Shown here one piece after another: positions 1 through 10,688 of a stretch of DNA of 64,000 nucleotides. Numbering within the stretch: position 1 is the first letter of the stretch; each line of letters begins with the position of its first letter. The position numbers and the translations under genes were made by a program. Location of the stretch: positions 103,044,001 to 103,108,000 of the forward strand of contig NC_135808.1 in the NCBI RefSeq assembly GCF_964213995.1, in the 5' to 3' direction. This DNA is from Mustelus asterias. Lineage: Eukaryota. The notes beneath the pieces are model-generated. The model was given only the letters and a program-made list of their open reading frames with translations. It searched no databases and had not been told where the DNA came from.

Positions 1-437
1 TGAACACCACTAGTCACAGGCCTCCAGCCAGAAAAAGACCCTTCCACTACCACCCTCTGTCTTCTGTGACCAAGCCAGTTCTCCACCCATCTAGCCACCT
101 CCCCCTTTATCCCATGAGATCCAACCTTTTTCACCAGCCTACCATGAGGGACTTTGTCAAACGCTTTACTAAAGTCCATTTGGACGACATCCATGGCCCT
201 TCCCTCGTCAACCATTCTGGTCACTTCTTCAAAAAACTCCACCAGGTTAGTGAGGCATGACCTCCCTCTCAAAACCATGCTGACTATCGTTAATGAGTTT
301 ATTCCTTTCTAAATGCGCATACATCCTATCTCTAAGAATCTTCAACAACTTCCCCACCACGGACGTCAAGCTCACCGGCCTATAATTACCCGGGTTATCC
401 TTCCTACCCTTCTTAAATAACGGGACCACATCAGCTA
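1..437 (-). mobile_element. CR1-type LINE ORF2 (reverse transcriptase) fragment
   Basis: Minus-strand translation gives VVPLFKKGRKDNPGNYRPVSLTSVVGKLL...SQHGF, typical CR1 RT; near reverse complement of the copy at ~7600-8035. Confidence 0.9.
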
Positions 438-537
438 CATTCTGCACCCTCTCGTTTCCTTCTCTACGAACTGTTTAGTACACAAGAAACAATGCTTTTC
501 ACTGTAGGCTAATACATGTGACAATAATCAAATCAAA
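435..537 (+). mobile_element. 3' end of a second non-LTR element with (ATCAA)n-like tail
   Basis: Ends ...catgtgacaataatcaaatcaaa; a related copy lies on the opposite strand at ~16330-16470; family not certain. Confidence 0.5.
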
Positions 538-1358
538 GAGTAGTGTTAGGCCTTGCACCCAATGAGCCTGGTTTGCCATCAAATACAATCATGGTTGAGC
601 TTTCTACACTTCCCTTTCCTGCCCTATTGCTATCACCCTCAAATCCCCAAGTATCCAAAAAAGCTGAGTGTGTCAGCCAAAGCATCCACCACTCTCTGGG
701 ATAGAGTTCCAAAAGATTCACATCAGAGTGAAGTTGTTTCTCCTCCTCAGTCCTAAATGGTTGATTACTTATATTGAGACTATATCTCGTTTTATGCTCT
801 CTGGGGAAACAGCGTTTGGGCATCTGACCTGTCAAGACTTTTATACAGTTCAATGAGATTACTTCTGAACTGGGCCCATTCCACTCAGTTGGTCCTCAAG
901 GTAATTTTCTCATCCTAGGAATCAATCTAGCAAACCTTAACCTCTATTTGGGCAAATACATCTTTCCTTTAGGCAGGCAGACCAAAACTGTACCTGGTTT
1001 TCTAGGTGTGGTCTACGTCAATTTCAGCAAGAGACTTCCTTAAAATAAAGGATAACTATTTGCCATCTTAACTAATTGGATATTTATCAATTCATGGCCA
1101 AGAACTCCAAATACCAAGATTTACTAGTATGTCATTTTATAAAAGCATTTTCTTAATTCTTCTTTCTAAAGTGGATAATTACATACTCTCACATTATATG
1201 CCACTTCTCGTATACTGAACCTCAAGATCCATCTGCATCCTCCCACAGTTCACTTTCCCAGCAGACAGATTTGATATACTGCACTGTTGCTATAACACAC
1301 AATTAGAACAGACAATTCAAAGAACTTTAAAAATAATCTTACCAAGATTTGGGGCCAC

Positions 1359-1615
1359 AGGGTAGCATGGTGGCAGAGTGGGAAGCACTGTTGCCTCAGT
1401 GTCAGGAACCTGGGTTACTGTCTGTGCAGAGTTTGCATGTTCTCCCCTACACTCCAAAAGTTGCAGTGGTAAGGTTGATTGGCCATGCTAAATTGCCCCT
1501 TAGTGTCAGAGGGATTAGCAGGGTAAATGTGTGGGGTTACAGGGATGGGGCCTCAGTGGTTTGTGCAGACTCGATGGGCCAAATAGAATCCCTACAGTGC
1601 AGAAGGAAGCTATGA
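1359..1615 (+). mobile_element. Degenerate HE1/V-SINE-type SINE
   Basis: Shares blocks with 3686-4035 (aggttgattggcc, gactcgatgggcc). Confidence 0.75.
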
Positions 1616-2254
1616 TAAATCATAACTCCCTTCTGGTTTGATTGCCAATTTTAATTTTATTTCCTCCAGTTAATGTCCACCCTATTTATGCATCAAACCT
1701 CAATTATGACCATTAATCTCTTTTCAACCTTTCTATTCCAAAGAGAATAATTCCACTTCTCTACATTGGTACCTGGGAAATCTCTGGACCATTCCCAAGA
1801 CCTGGATATCCTTCTTGAAGTGAGGTTATAGAATGGAATTAAAGAGGACCAAGTTTGATAAAAGGAATAGCATAGGGTGCAAATGCAAGGAATCAGTGTC
1901 TTTTTAAAGCTAGGGATCCCATTTGCTTCAGCAACCCTGTCAAGTTGCCCTTCCACCTTCAATTCATGTAGTGAACAGCCAGACCTATTGTCCCATCAAT
2001 AGTAATATTTAATATATTGCCTCATTCTTCCAAAACGGAAGAGAAATCTGAACAAAGCCTCCATCCATTTTCAGCTGGTTTGGCCAATGCACAAACTGCA
2101 GTTACTCATTCTTTCCCCAGCCCCAACTGTTGAACACAAGCTATTAGTGAAGCCAATAATATTCATTTGCCAAGCTACAGAACCTAGTTCATTGTAAGAA
2201 TATCTGGAAGCTGGCATCTTATTCACCAGTCTACCCAGATGTACAAAAGAACTA

Positions 2255-3115
2255 AACTAGGAGAAGGAGTAGGCCATCTGGCACCTTGAGCCTGATCCAC
2301 CATTCAAGATGATCATGGCTGCTCTTTGCATTCAGCTCCACTTACCCAGCCAACATAACCCTCAATTCCTTTACTGTTCAAAAAAATAAATCTATTTTTG
2401 CCTTGAAAACAGTGGCAGCCTCAAATGCTTCACTAGTCAGGGAATTCAATACTCACAACCCTTTGGTTGGGAAGTCCCTTCTCAACTCAGTCCTAAATAT
2501 GCTCCCCTTATTTTGAGGCTATGCCCCCCTAGTTCTCCTTTCCCGCACCAGTGGAAATGACCTCCCTGCTTATTTACCTATTCCCTCAATTTTTCACTTC
2601 TATAAGATCCCCCCTCATTCTAAATTTCAGCAAGTATAGTCCCAGTCTACTCCATCTCTCATCAGCCAACCCTCAACTCTGGAATCAACCAAGAGAATCT
2701 CCTCTGCACCCCCTCCAGTGCCAGTATATCCTTTCTCAAGTGAGACCAAAACTGTACACAGTACTCCAGGTGTGGCCTCACCAGCACCTTATACAGCTGC
2801 AACTTTATCTCACTGTTTTTAAACTCCACCCCTCTAGCAATGAAGGACAAAATTCCATTTGCCTTCTTAATTATCTGCTGCACCTGCAAACCAACTCCTT
2901 GTGATTCTTGCACAAGGACATCCAGGTCCCTCTGCACAGCAGCATGCTGCAATTTTTTACCATTTATAGTCCAGTTGTTCTGACCAAAATGGATGACTCA
3001 CATTTACCAACATTGTGCTCCATTTGCCAGACCCTTGCCCACTCAAATTATCTTTACCCTTTTGCTCCACTACTCATCTTAGTGTCATCTGTGAACACTA
3101 CACTTGGTCCCCAAC
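2255..3115 (-). mobile_element. CR1 LINE 3' fragment
   Basis: ORF 2662-2952 LQLYKVLVRPHLEYCVQFWS is the CR1 ORF2 C-terminal motif; CR1-type 3' tail near 2255-2340. Confidence 0.9.
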
Positions 3116-3202
3116 TCAAACAATGTAGGTGTTACACGCCCACGATGAAAAGCAGGACATAATTGTTTCACAGTTTGAAGAACAAAATTTGGATCTCCTT
3201 AC

Positions 3203-3391
3203 CTAACCTTTTCTCTATGACACTAAAGGACTCCTTGAAGTGTTTGAGAGCGAAATCATATTGATTGTTAAAACTGTAGGCCAGCCCTAGTTGATAATGG
3301 GTCTCAGCCAATAGTCTGCTGTGTGGTTCAAGACATTTTTCCTGAATGGTCAGACACTCCCGGAAATCTTCAATAGCCTGTATGTAGTTCT
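3203..3391 (-). CDS. NASP: NASP coding exon ([39 protein letters not shown]...EKRL), TPR region; last exon seen in window
   Basis: 189 nt, ag/gt boundaries, phase 1-1; [12 protein letters not shown] motif of NASP. Confidence 0.95.
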
Positions 3392-3545
3392 CTGGAATAG
3401 AACAAGCTTGCATTAATCTCCAGTCGCTACATTACACAATGCCAGCTGGGCCAAACACAAATATTCAATTATTTACATTGCAAGACCAAAAATGTTAGTT
3501 CTACAGCACAGTTGAACCGGTTAAAGATTAGTCTTTACAGCTTAC

Positions 3546-3619
3546 CGGATTCTATTCCAACTTCTCCCAGTTTCAGATAAGCTTGTGCTGCGCAGAGTTG
3601 TATTTCTTTGCTTTCTTGC
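3546..3619 (-). CDS. NASP: NASP coding exon (RQESKEIQLCAAQAYLKLGEVGIES)
   Basis: 74 nt, tttcag acceptor, gtaag donor, phases fit both neighbours; LKLGEV motif. Confidence 0.95.
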
Positions 3620-3685
3620 CTGAAAGATTAAGTTAGAACATTGAGCAACACATTTAATTTTAGCAAGAATTAAACAATGTTTATT

Positions 3686-4035
3686 GGCGGCACGGTAGCA
3701 CAGTGGTTAGCACTGCTGCTTCACAGCTCCAGGGTCCTGGGTTCGATTCCCGGCTCGGGTCACTGTCTGTGTGGAGTTTGCACATTCTCCTCGTGTCTGC
3801 ATGGGTTTCCTCCGGGTGCTCCGGTTTCCTCCCACAGTCCAAAGATGTGCGGGTTAGGTTGATTGGCCAGGTTAAAAATTGCCCATTAGAGTCCTGGGAT
3901 GTGTAGGTTAGAGGGATTAGCGGGTAAATATGTGGGGGTAGGGCCTGGGTGGGATTGTGGTCGGTGCAGACTCGATGGGCCGAATGGCCTCCTTCTGCAC
4001 TGTAGGGTTTCTATGATTTCTAGGGTTTCTGATTT
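3686..4035 (+). mobile_element. Full-length tRNA-derived HE1/V-SINE-type SINE
   Basis: tRNA-like head with A/B-box-like motifs (tagcacagtgg, gggttcgattccc), central block gggtttcctccgggtgctccggtttcctccca, CR1-like tail. Confidence 0.9.
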
Positions 4036-4085
4036 CTTAAAACCATGACAACTGCAAACATCAATATATTGGTTTGAGGACTTGC

Positions 4086-4162
4086 CTTTTAAAGATCACT
4101 TTTGCCAATTCAAGCATTTCCCAAGCCAGCTGCAAGTTGTCAACCTCCTCACTTTCAGCATC
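4086..4162 (-). CDS. NASP: NASP coding exon ([25 protein letters not shown]), GC donor
   Basis: 77 nt; NLQLAWEML motif; donor AAAAG|gcaagt gives correct phase 2. Confidence 0.93.
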
Positions 4163-4242
4163 CTGCAATGAAGAGTTTGCATTTTTAACACGAATAGTTC
4201 AAACCCAAGCTGTCCTACAAAGATTGAAGATAGATAACCCAC

Positions 4243-4313
4243 CTTTTCTTCAGCAGTATCTTCATTTTCATCATCGTCGTCATCACCACTTCCATCAACA
4301 GCACCAGTGTCAT
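4243..4313 (-). CDS. NASP: NASP acidic coding exon (DDTGAVDGSGDDDDDENEDTAEEK)
   Basis: 71 nt, ttccag acceptor, gtggg donor, phase 1-0, acidic composition. Confidence 0.88.
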
Positions 4314-4689
4314 CTGGAAAGATAAATGGGTAACCTGTAGAAGGACTCAAGCTAGATCAGATAAAGGTTCTTCTATTCTGCTCTCATGTGCCTTCACCTC
4401 AACAATACCCACTAACCATTTAAACAGTAAATTATGGTTGAGTGTGCCAATTATTGGTGATGGTAGTTTACAATTTATTAAATGGAATTTAAATCCCACC
4501 AACTGCCTTGGTGGGATTGTGTCCCCCATAAACATAGTTCAGACATTACTCTGTGCTACTGTCTTGCCACAGCCAGACAGAATGGAAATACCACAACCGA
4601 ATTTTCTAAAGGTGCCAGTCACTGGCTAGAACTTAAAAATGGGGAAATATTCACTATCCTGCAGAGGTTTGCAAGTTACCAGGTTTAAA

Positions 4690-5150
4690 GTTTATGTTAG
4701 TGTCAGTACTGTCACATTAACACTGCAATGAAGTTACTGTAAAAATCCCCTAGTCACCACACTCCAGCACCTGTTCAGATACACTGAGGGAGAATTTAGC
4801 ATGGTCAATGCATCTAACCATTTCTTTTGGACTGTGGGAGCAAACCAGAGTACCAAGAGGAAACTCTCAGACATGGAGAACGTGCAGACTCCAGTGACCC
4901 AAGCTGGGAATCAAACCCAGGTCCATGGTGCTGTGAGGCAGCAGTGCTTGCCACTGTGCCACCCCTGGCTACTTTGTATGTTCAGGTGTCCTTAGGACTC
5001 CAATTATGTTTTAATGTCCTAACCAGCACGTCTTCAGATTGTGGGAGGAACATTGAGGAAACCCATACAGACATGGGGAAAACATGCAGACTACACAGAA
5101 GCCAGGAATTGAACTTCTGTCCCTGGCATTGTGGGCAGCAGTGCTAACCA
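4690..5150 (-). mobile_element. Two SINE fragments (V-SINE-type head)
   Basis: Reverse complements of the SINE head/core (gctgtgaggcagcagtgct, tgtgggag). Confidence 0.75.
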
Positions 5151-5718
5151 GGTTATGGTTCGTTGCATAGCTACGAAACAAAGACAGCTATCCAATAATT
5201 TTAGTACCAAAGCTTTCCAGTTAGCCTATTCTTCCCATGTTGATGGAAAATGTGAAATGCAAGTCAATACTATAACCAGTGTCACCTGAGACCAATGTTT
5301 GAATTAATAGCAGAATAAAGAAGTCTGCCAGGAGTAGGGAGTCTCACTATTTCAGAGTGTGAATCCAGCCATCAACCTATTTATACAGTAATTAACAAAA
5401 TTAGATCTATTAAAGTAACAAGTTTATTCCTCAGAACCTCATGTCAAAATTAGTACCTGGATTTTAAAAACATGTGCAACAAGAGAAAAATGTTATCACC
5501 AGTGGCTAGTGGTAAAGTATGAAACTCCGTAATGAGTGCATGTTTACTAAAATCACCATTTGTGCTCACCAGTGGACAATAAAGACCAAGTGGATAGACA
5601 GCCCATAAAAAAGGTTAAATATTTGTAAGCAGAGACAATTGTGTCTGTGATTATCTCCATGCCACTGAACCAGTTAAACCAACTTTGTAAATCGGAACAC
5701 TTGTCTTCGAGTTTATAC

Positions 5719-6345
5719 CTTCACCTTCTTCCATGCATTCTTCAGAACCAGCCACCCCATCCTCCGTCTTCTCAGCAGTGATTACACTTCCACTTGATGC
5801 CTTGCCATTTTCCTCACTTTCATCACCTTCCAGCTTCTCTGCTGCTTCTTTTGCATTCGATCCTTTATCTTGATCCCCCAGAGCATCTTGCAAAGGAAGA
5901 GCTACTTTATCATCAATAGTTACCTTCTCCCCAGCATCCTTAGTCATGGGGTCATCTTTACCAGTACTGCTCTCAGTTCTGAGATGGTCCTTTACATCTT
6001 CTGGAACGTTAACATGGTCCTCTTCTTTCTCTGCCTGGACAACACCACCACTCCCGGGATGGCTCTCTGCTACTTCATCCATTGATTCACTTACATCTTC
6101 GTCACTATGGTCAACAGATGATTCTACTTTGGTCAGGGTTTCATTCTCAGTGGCACACAGCTCTCCTGTAGGAGAGTTTACTTTTCCTTCTTTACTTGGA
6201 GTCTTGGTTGGGCTTCTTGTTTTTTCACTAACTACATCGCAATCAGCAGAAACTTTTTCAGCTGGAGCTTCATCTTCAGTTGTTTTATCACTTTCTTCAG
6301 CTAGTGCAGCGTACACCTGTTCCCTCAATTCCTCCCTCTCTTTCT
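5719..6345 (-). CDS. NASP: NASP large acidic exon, equivalent of the tNASP-specific cassette exon
   Basis: 627 nt (multiple of 3), phase 1-1, begins EKEREELREQVYAAL; alternative in-phase donor gives an end at 5725. Confidence 0.88.
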
Positions 6346-7377
6346 CTATACACATCAAGGAAAAAAAAATGCATAAAATTGGGGGTTGCCAATGCTGGTT
6401 GATAAGTCTGGATAGTCACAATTGAAAGGTTTCAGGTAGAATTTAGAAATTAAAGTTTAGTCAACATTACAGATTAATGCAGCCACTGGCAAATCAATCT
6501 TACTAATTCCATTTCCCTGCCCCAATTTTGCATGAGTTCTTAGACCATTTTGCACCTTTTTTGGCGACAAAGTTTTAAAAGCTTGCTCACCAACTCAATT
6601 TTAAAAACTGTTGATTCTAAACCATATAGTAATGCAATATTTCACTTAATTTCTGAGGAACATTCCATCAGTGAGCCATGACACCAAAAGCAACTGTGGG
6701 GGGGATTGGGGAAAAAAAAATAGAAATGTGCGCTCTCTCTCCTACAGGTGAATATAATCAAGACTTCACTTGGTTTAAAAAAGTAGATTTATGCAAATAT
6801 TTTGCTTTCACCAAGAATATTTGCAAGTTCTTAATAATTGTATAAAGCTAGCATTTATAAACAAACTATTTTATACTTGACAACAGCCCATGGAAATACA
6901 CACATCAACTCCCATTACAAATAGATACTAGAAGAGTAGGCCATTCATTTTGATCGTCAAATTCAATATCCTGATCTTTCCCCCATATCCCTTGATCCTT
7001 TTAGCCCCAAGAGCTACATCCACCATCTTCTTGAAATCAGACATTTTGGCCTCACCTACTTTGTGGTAGTGAATTCCACAAATAGTTCAAATTCCTTCAA
7101 ATATACTACACAGGTCAACATTTACTGTCTATAATGGCAAAGATGGAAAACTTGCCACTCTACAAACATTAATTCCCAGTCAGTCATTGTGGAATGAAGA
7201 TTAATCAAAATAATATACTGAGACCACTCATTCTTCAAGTTAACTTAGGAGGTTTGTATATGCTCGCAAGTGTTCTGGGGAACTGCTCATCGGCATAAAT
7301 CGGCAAGCTTCTAGTCTGAATTCTCTCTCCTCTCTCCCCCCCCCTTCCAAAGAAAAGCTATTAAAACTAGGTTTTAG

Positions 7378-9015
7378 GAGAGAGATGTGTTGACTGGGAG
7401 TGTTGACCCGTTAGCAAAAATCTCCATTACAAGGCAGGAAGTGTTAGGTTTTTTTTAGGGAATATAAAAACTGACAAATTCCCAGGGCCTGATGGAATCT
7501 ATCCAAGGCTGCTCGGAGACGAGAGATGAAATCGCTGGGCCTCTGATGCAAATCTTTGTCTCATCACTGGACGCAGGTGAGGTCCCAGAGGATTGGAGGT
7601 TAAATAATGGGACCACATTAGCTAAGGGTAGGAAGGATAACTTGAGAAATTATAGGCCAGTGAGCTTGACATCCATGGTAGGGAAGTTGTTGGAGGATTC
7701 TTAGATAGGATGTATGTGCATTTAGAAAGGAATAAACTCATTAATGATAGTCAGCATGGTTTTGAGAGAGGGAGGTCATGCCTCACTAACCTGGTAGAGT
7801 TTTTTGAAGAAGTGACTAGAATGGTTGACAAGGGAAAGGCCGTGGATGTCGTCTATATGGACTTTAGTAAAGCATTTGACAAAGTCCCTCATGGTAGTTT
7901 GGTGCAAAAGGTTGGATCTCATGGGATAAAGGGGGAGGTGGCTAGATGGGTGGAGAACTGGCTTGGTCACAGAAGACAGAGGGTGGTAGTGGAAGGGTCT
8001 TTTTCCGGTTGGATGCCTGTGACTAGTGGTGTTCCACAGGGCTCTGTATTGGGATCTCTGCTGTTTGTGATTTATATAAACGATCTGGAAGGTGGTGTAA
8101 CTGGGGTGATCACCAAGTTTGCAGACAACACGAAAATGGCTGGACTTGCAGATAGTGAGGAACATTGTCAGAGGCTACAGAAGGATATAGATAGGCTGGA
8201 AATTTGGGCAAAGAAATGGCAGATGGAGTTCAATCCAGATAAATGCGAAGTGATGCATTTTGGTACAACTAACGTAGGGGGGAGCTATACGATAAGTGGC
8301 AGAACCATAAAGGGTGTAGATACACAGAGGGGCCTGGGTGTGTAAGTCCACAGATCCTTGAAGGCGACGTCACAGGTGGAGAAGGTAGTGAAGGCGGCAT
8401 ATGGCATGCTTGCCTTTATAGGACAGGGCATAGAGTATAAAAGTTGGGGTCTGATGTTGCAGTTGTATAGAATGTTGGTTCGGCTGCATTTGGAGTACTG
8501 CGCCCAGTTCAGGTCGCCACACTACCAGAAGGACGTGGAGGCTTCAGAGAGAGTGCAGAGGAGGTTTACCAGGATGTTGCCTGGTATGGAAGGGCTTAGT
8601 TATGAGGAGAGATTGGGTAAACTGGGGTTGTTCTCACTGGAAAGACAGGATGAGGGGTGGCCTAATAGAGGTGTATAAAATTATGAAAAAGCATAGATAG
8701 GGTGAACGGTGGGAAACGTTTTCCCAGGACGGTGGTGACGTTCACAAGGGGTCATAGGTTCAAGGTGGCAGGGGGGGTTTAAAAACACAGATATCAGAAG
8801 GATGTATTTTACACAGAGGGTGGTGGGGGCCTGGAATGCGCTGCCAGGCAAAGGTGGTGGAGGCGGACACACTGGGAACATTTAAGACTTATCTAGATAG
8901 CCACATGAACGGAGTGGGAATGAAGGGATACAAAAGAATGGTCTAGTTTGGACCAGGGAGCGGCACGGGCTTGGAGGGCCAAAGAGCCTGTTCCTGTGCT
9001 GTTTTGTTCTTTGTT
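7378..9015 (+). mobile_element. 5'-truncated CR1 LINE (RT domain to 3' tail), frameshifted
   Basis: ORFs 7710-8345 ([27 protein letters not shown]) and 8358-8678; tail ends ...ttgttctttgtt. Confidence 0.95.
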
Positions 9016-9065
9016 AGGTTAAGCTAACATGAAACCATCCTTCAAGGAAAACAGAGGATACTTAC

Positions 9066-9178
9066 CATCAACATTCCCTGCATTTTCTACTTTGGAGTCT
9101 TCATCTGCTGCCGCCGTTTCTTCATCATCATCTTCAGGAACTCCTTGAAGGGCATTGCCAAGAACACCACGCTCCATT
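9066..9178 (-). CDS. NASP: NASP coding exon (RMERGVLGNALQGVPEDDDEE...NVD)
   Basis: 113 nt, canonical splice sites, phase 2-1; ME.GVLGNAL.GV motif. Confidence 0.95.
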
Positions 9179-9597
9179 CTGAAAAGGAGAGACATTATGA
9201 TGGACACCCTGCTCCTTCATACCCCCTCAATCCAAAAGTTATATGCACCATTGTGCAATTGCAGTCAAATAACCTACTGGAAAAAAATCTCACCTGCAAG
9301 TTTTAGGAAAGTGATGATCTATCATATCAACTTATTTCTAACCAGAAAACAAATACAGTACAAGATTCAAATGGCAAGTACCAAATTTTGCTGTTAAATC
9401 AAAGCTAACCACTTGAAGATGGACATCAATACCCAAAATCTACAAGGATCTTAATGATTAGTATTTACTATTACCATTAACTTTCAAATAATCCTCAAAC
9501 TCGTGGATTAAACCGTAAAAGGGATTTTTTAAAAGAGTAAACAAGTACTTGAAGTTGGATAGATTAAAATTAGGTGAGCACAATCCAATTCTAAACT

Positions 9598-10110
9598 TAG
9601 TCATAGGGGTTTACAGCATGGAAACAGGTCCTTTGGTCCAACTTGTCCATGCCACCCAATTTTTAACATTAAGCTGGTACCAATGGCTCATATCCCTCTG
9701 TACCAATCTTACCCATGTAACTGTCCAATGCTTTTTAAAAGAAAATTGTACCCACCTCTAGCAGCTTGTTCCAGACACTCACCACCCAGAGACAAAATGG
9801 TCCCTCTTGTACCTTTTCCTTCTCACCATAAACCTACGCCCTAGTGTTACACCGTTGAGAAAAGACGTTGACCATCTACCTCATCTATGCCCCTCTATTT
9901 TGTAGACCTCCAAGATCATCCCCTGCACTCCAGGGGGAAATGTCCCAGTCTATCCAGCCTCTCCTTATAACTCAAACCATCAAGTCCCAGTAGCAACCTA
10001 GTAAATCTTTTCTGCACTCATTTAATATTCTTTTTATAATAGTGACTAGAACTGTGCATAATATTCCAAGTGTGGCCTTACCAATGTCTTGTACAACAAA
10101 TAGTCCCGAC
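9598..10110 (-). mobile_element. CR1 LINE 3' fragment
   Basis: Closely similar to 17770-18340. Confidence 0.8.
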
Positions 10111-10253
10111 TAGTTTTTTTTTAAAACTGGTAAAATCTACTATGTTGTTACAGTTGGGTAACGAGGTCAAGAGTGTGGGACAAGTTGTGTTTTAAATAAC
10201 CTATTATTTACTTTAGCTGGTCTATTTGTTGCTCAGTTGATTTATAAACTAAC

Positions 10254-10334
10254 CGTGCCAACTCCAGAAGGGCTTTTCCATAGCAGAAATAGGCTTCGCC
10301 ACATTCTTCTGCCATTTCTCCATGTGTTGTGCTC
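10254..10334 (-). CDS. NASP: NASP coding exon (STTHGEMAEECGEAYFCYGKALLELAR)
   Basis: 81 nt, phase 2-2; ECGEA...YGK.LLELAR motif. Confidence 0.95.
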
Positions 10335-10577
10335 CTTTTGAAACAAAGGGGAAAAAGATGTTATGGTTTTGTACATGCAATGCAATCATGACAGATCGTA
10401 GTACCAATCTGTACAAGCTATGACTGAAATAAGAGAAATGTCCGAGTGAAAGATTCAACATGCCACATTAGGCCATATATGTAGGTTACCTTTTTTAAAA
10501 ATCGAACCTCCCCTCAGCTATAACTTCTAAACATGACCATTTTCAGGGCAACTCCAACAATCCAGTCAGATACTTAC

Positions 10578-10688
10578 AATAGCCTGCATGCATCCTGAAA
10601 GGCATTGACAGCTGCTGCAAAATCTTCCATTACCATGTGTCTTTTGCCAGTCCCAAGCAACTTCATGGCTTCAACACTAACATTAGCA
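10578..10688 (-). CDS. NASP: NASP coding exon ([36 protein letters not shown]), first TPR
   Basis: 111 nt, taacag acceptor, gtaagt donor, phase 2-2. Confidence 0.95.

Noticed and set aside
3686-3760. tRNA gene
   Set aside because: tRNA-like A/B boxes are the SINE head; no cloverleaf, continues into the SINE body
5946-6425. 159-aa Ser-rich ORF on +
   Set aside because: Antisense shadow of the acidic NASP exon
7710-8678. Reverse transcriptase ORFs as a functional gene or novel RT system
   Set aside because: 5'-truncated, frameshifted CR1 copy with FADN in place of FADD; one of many in the window
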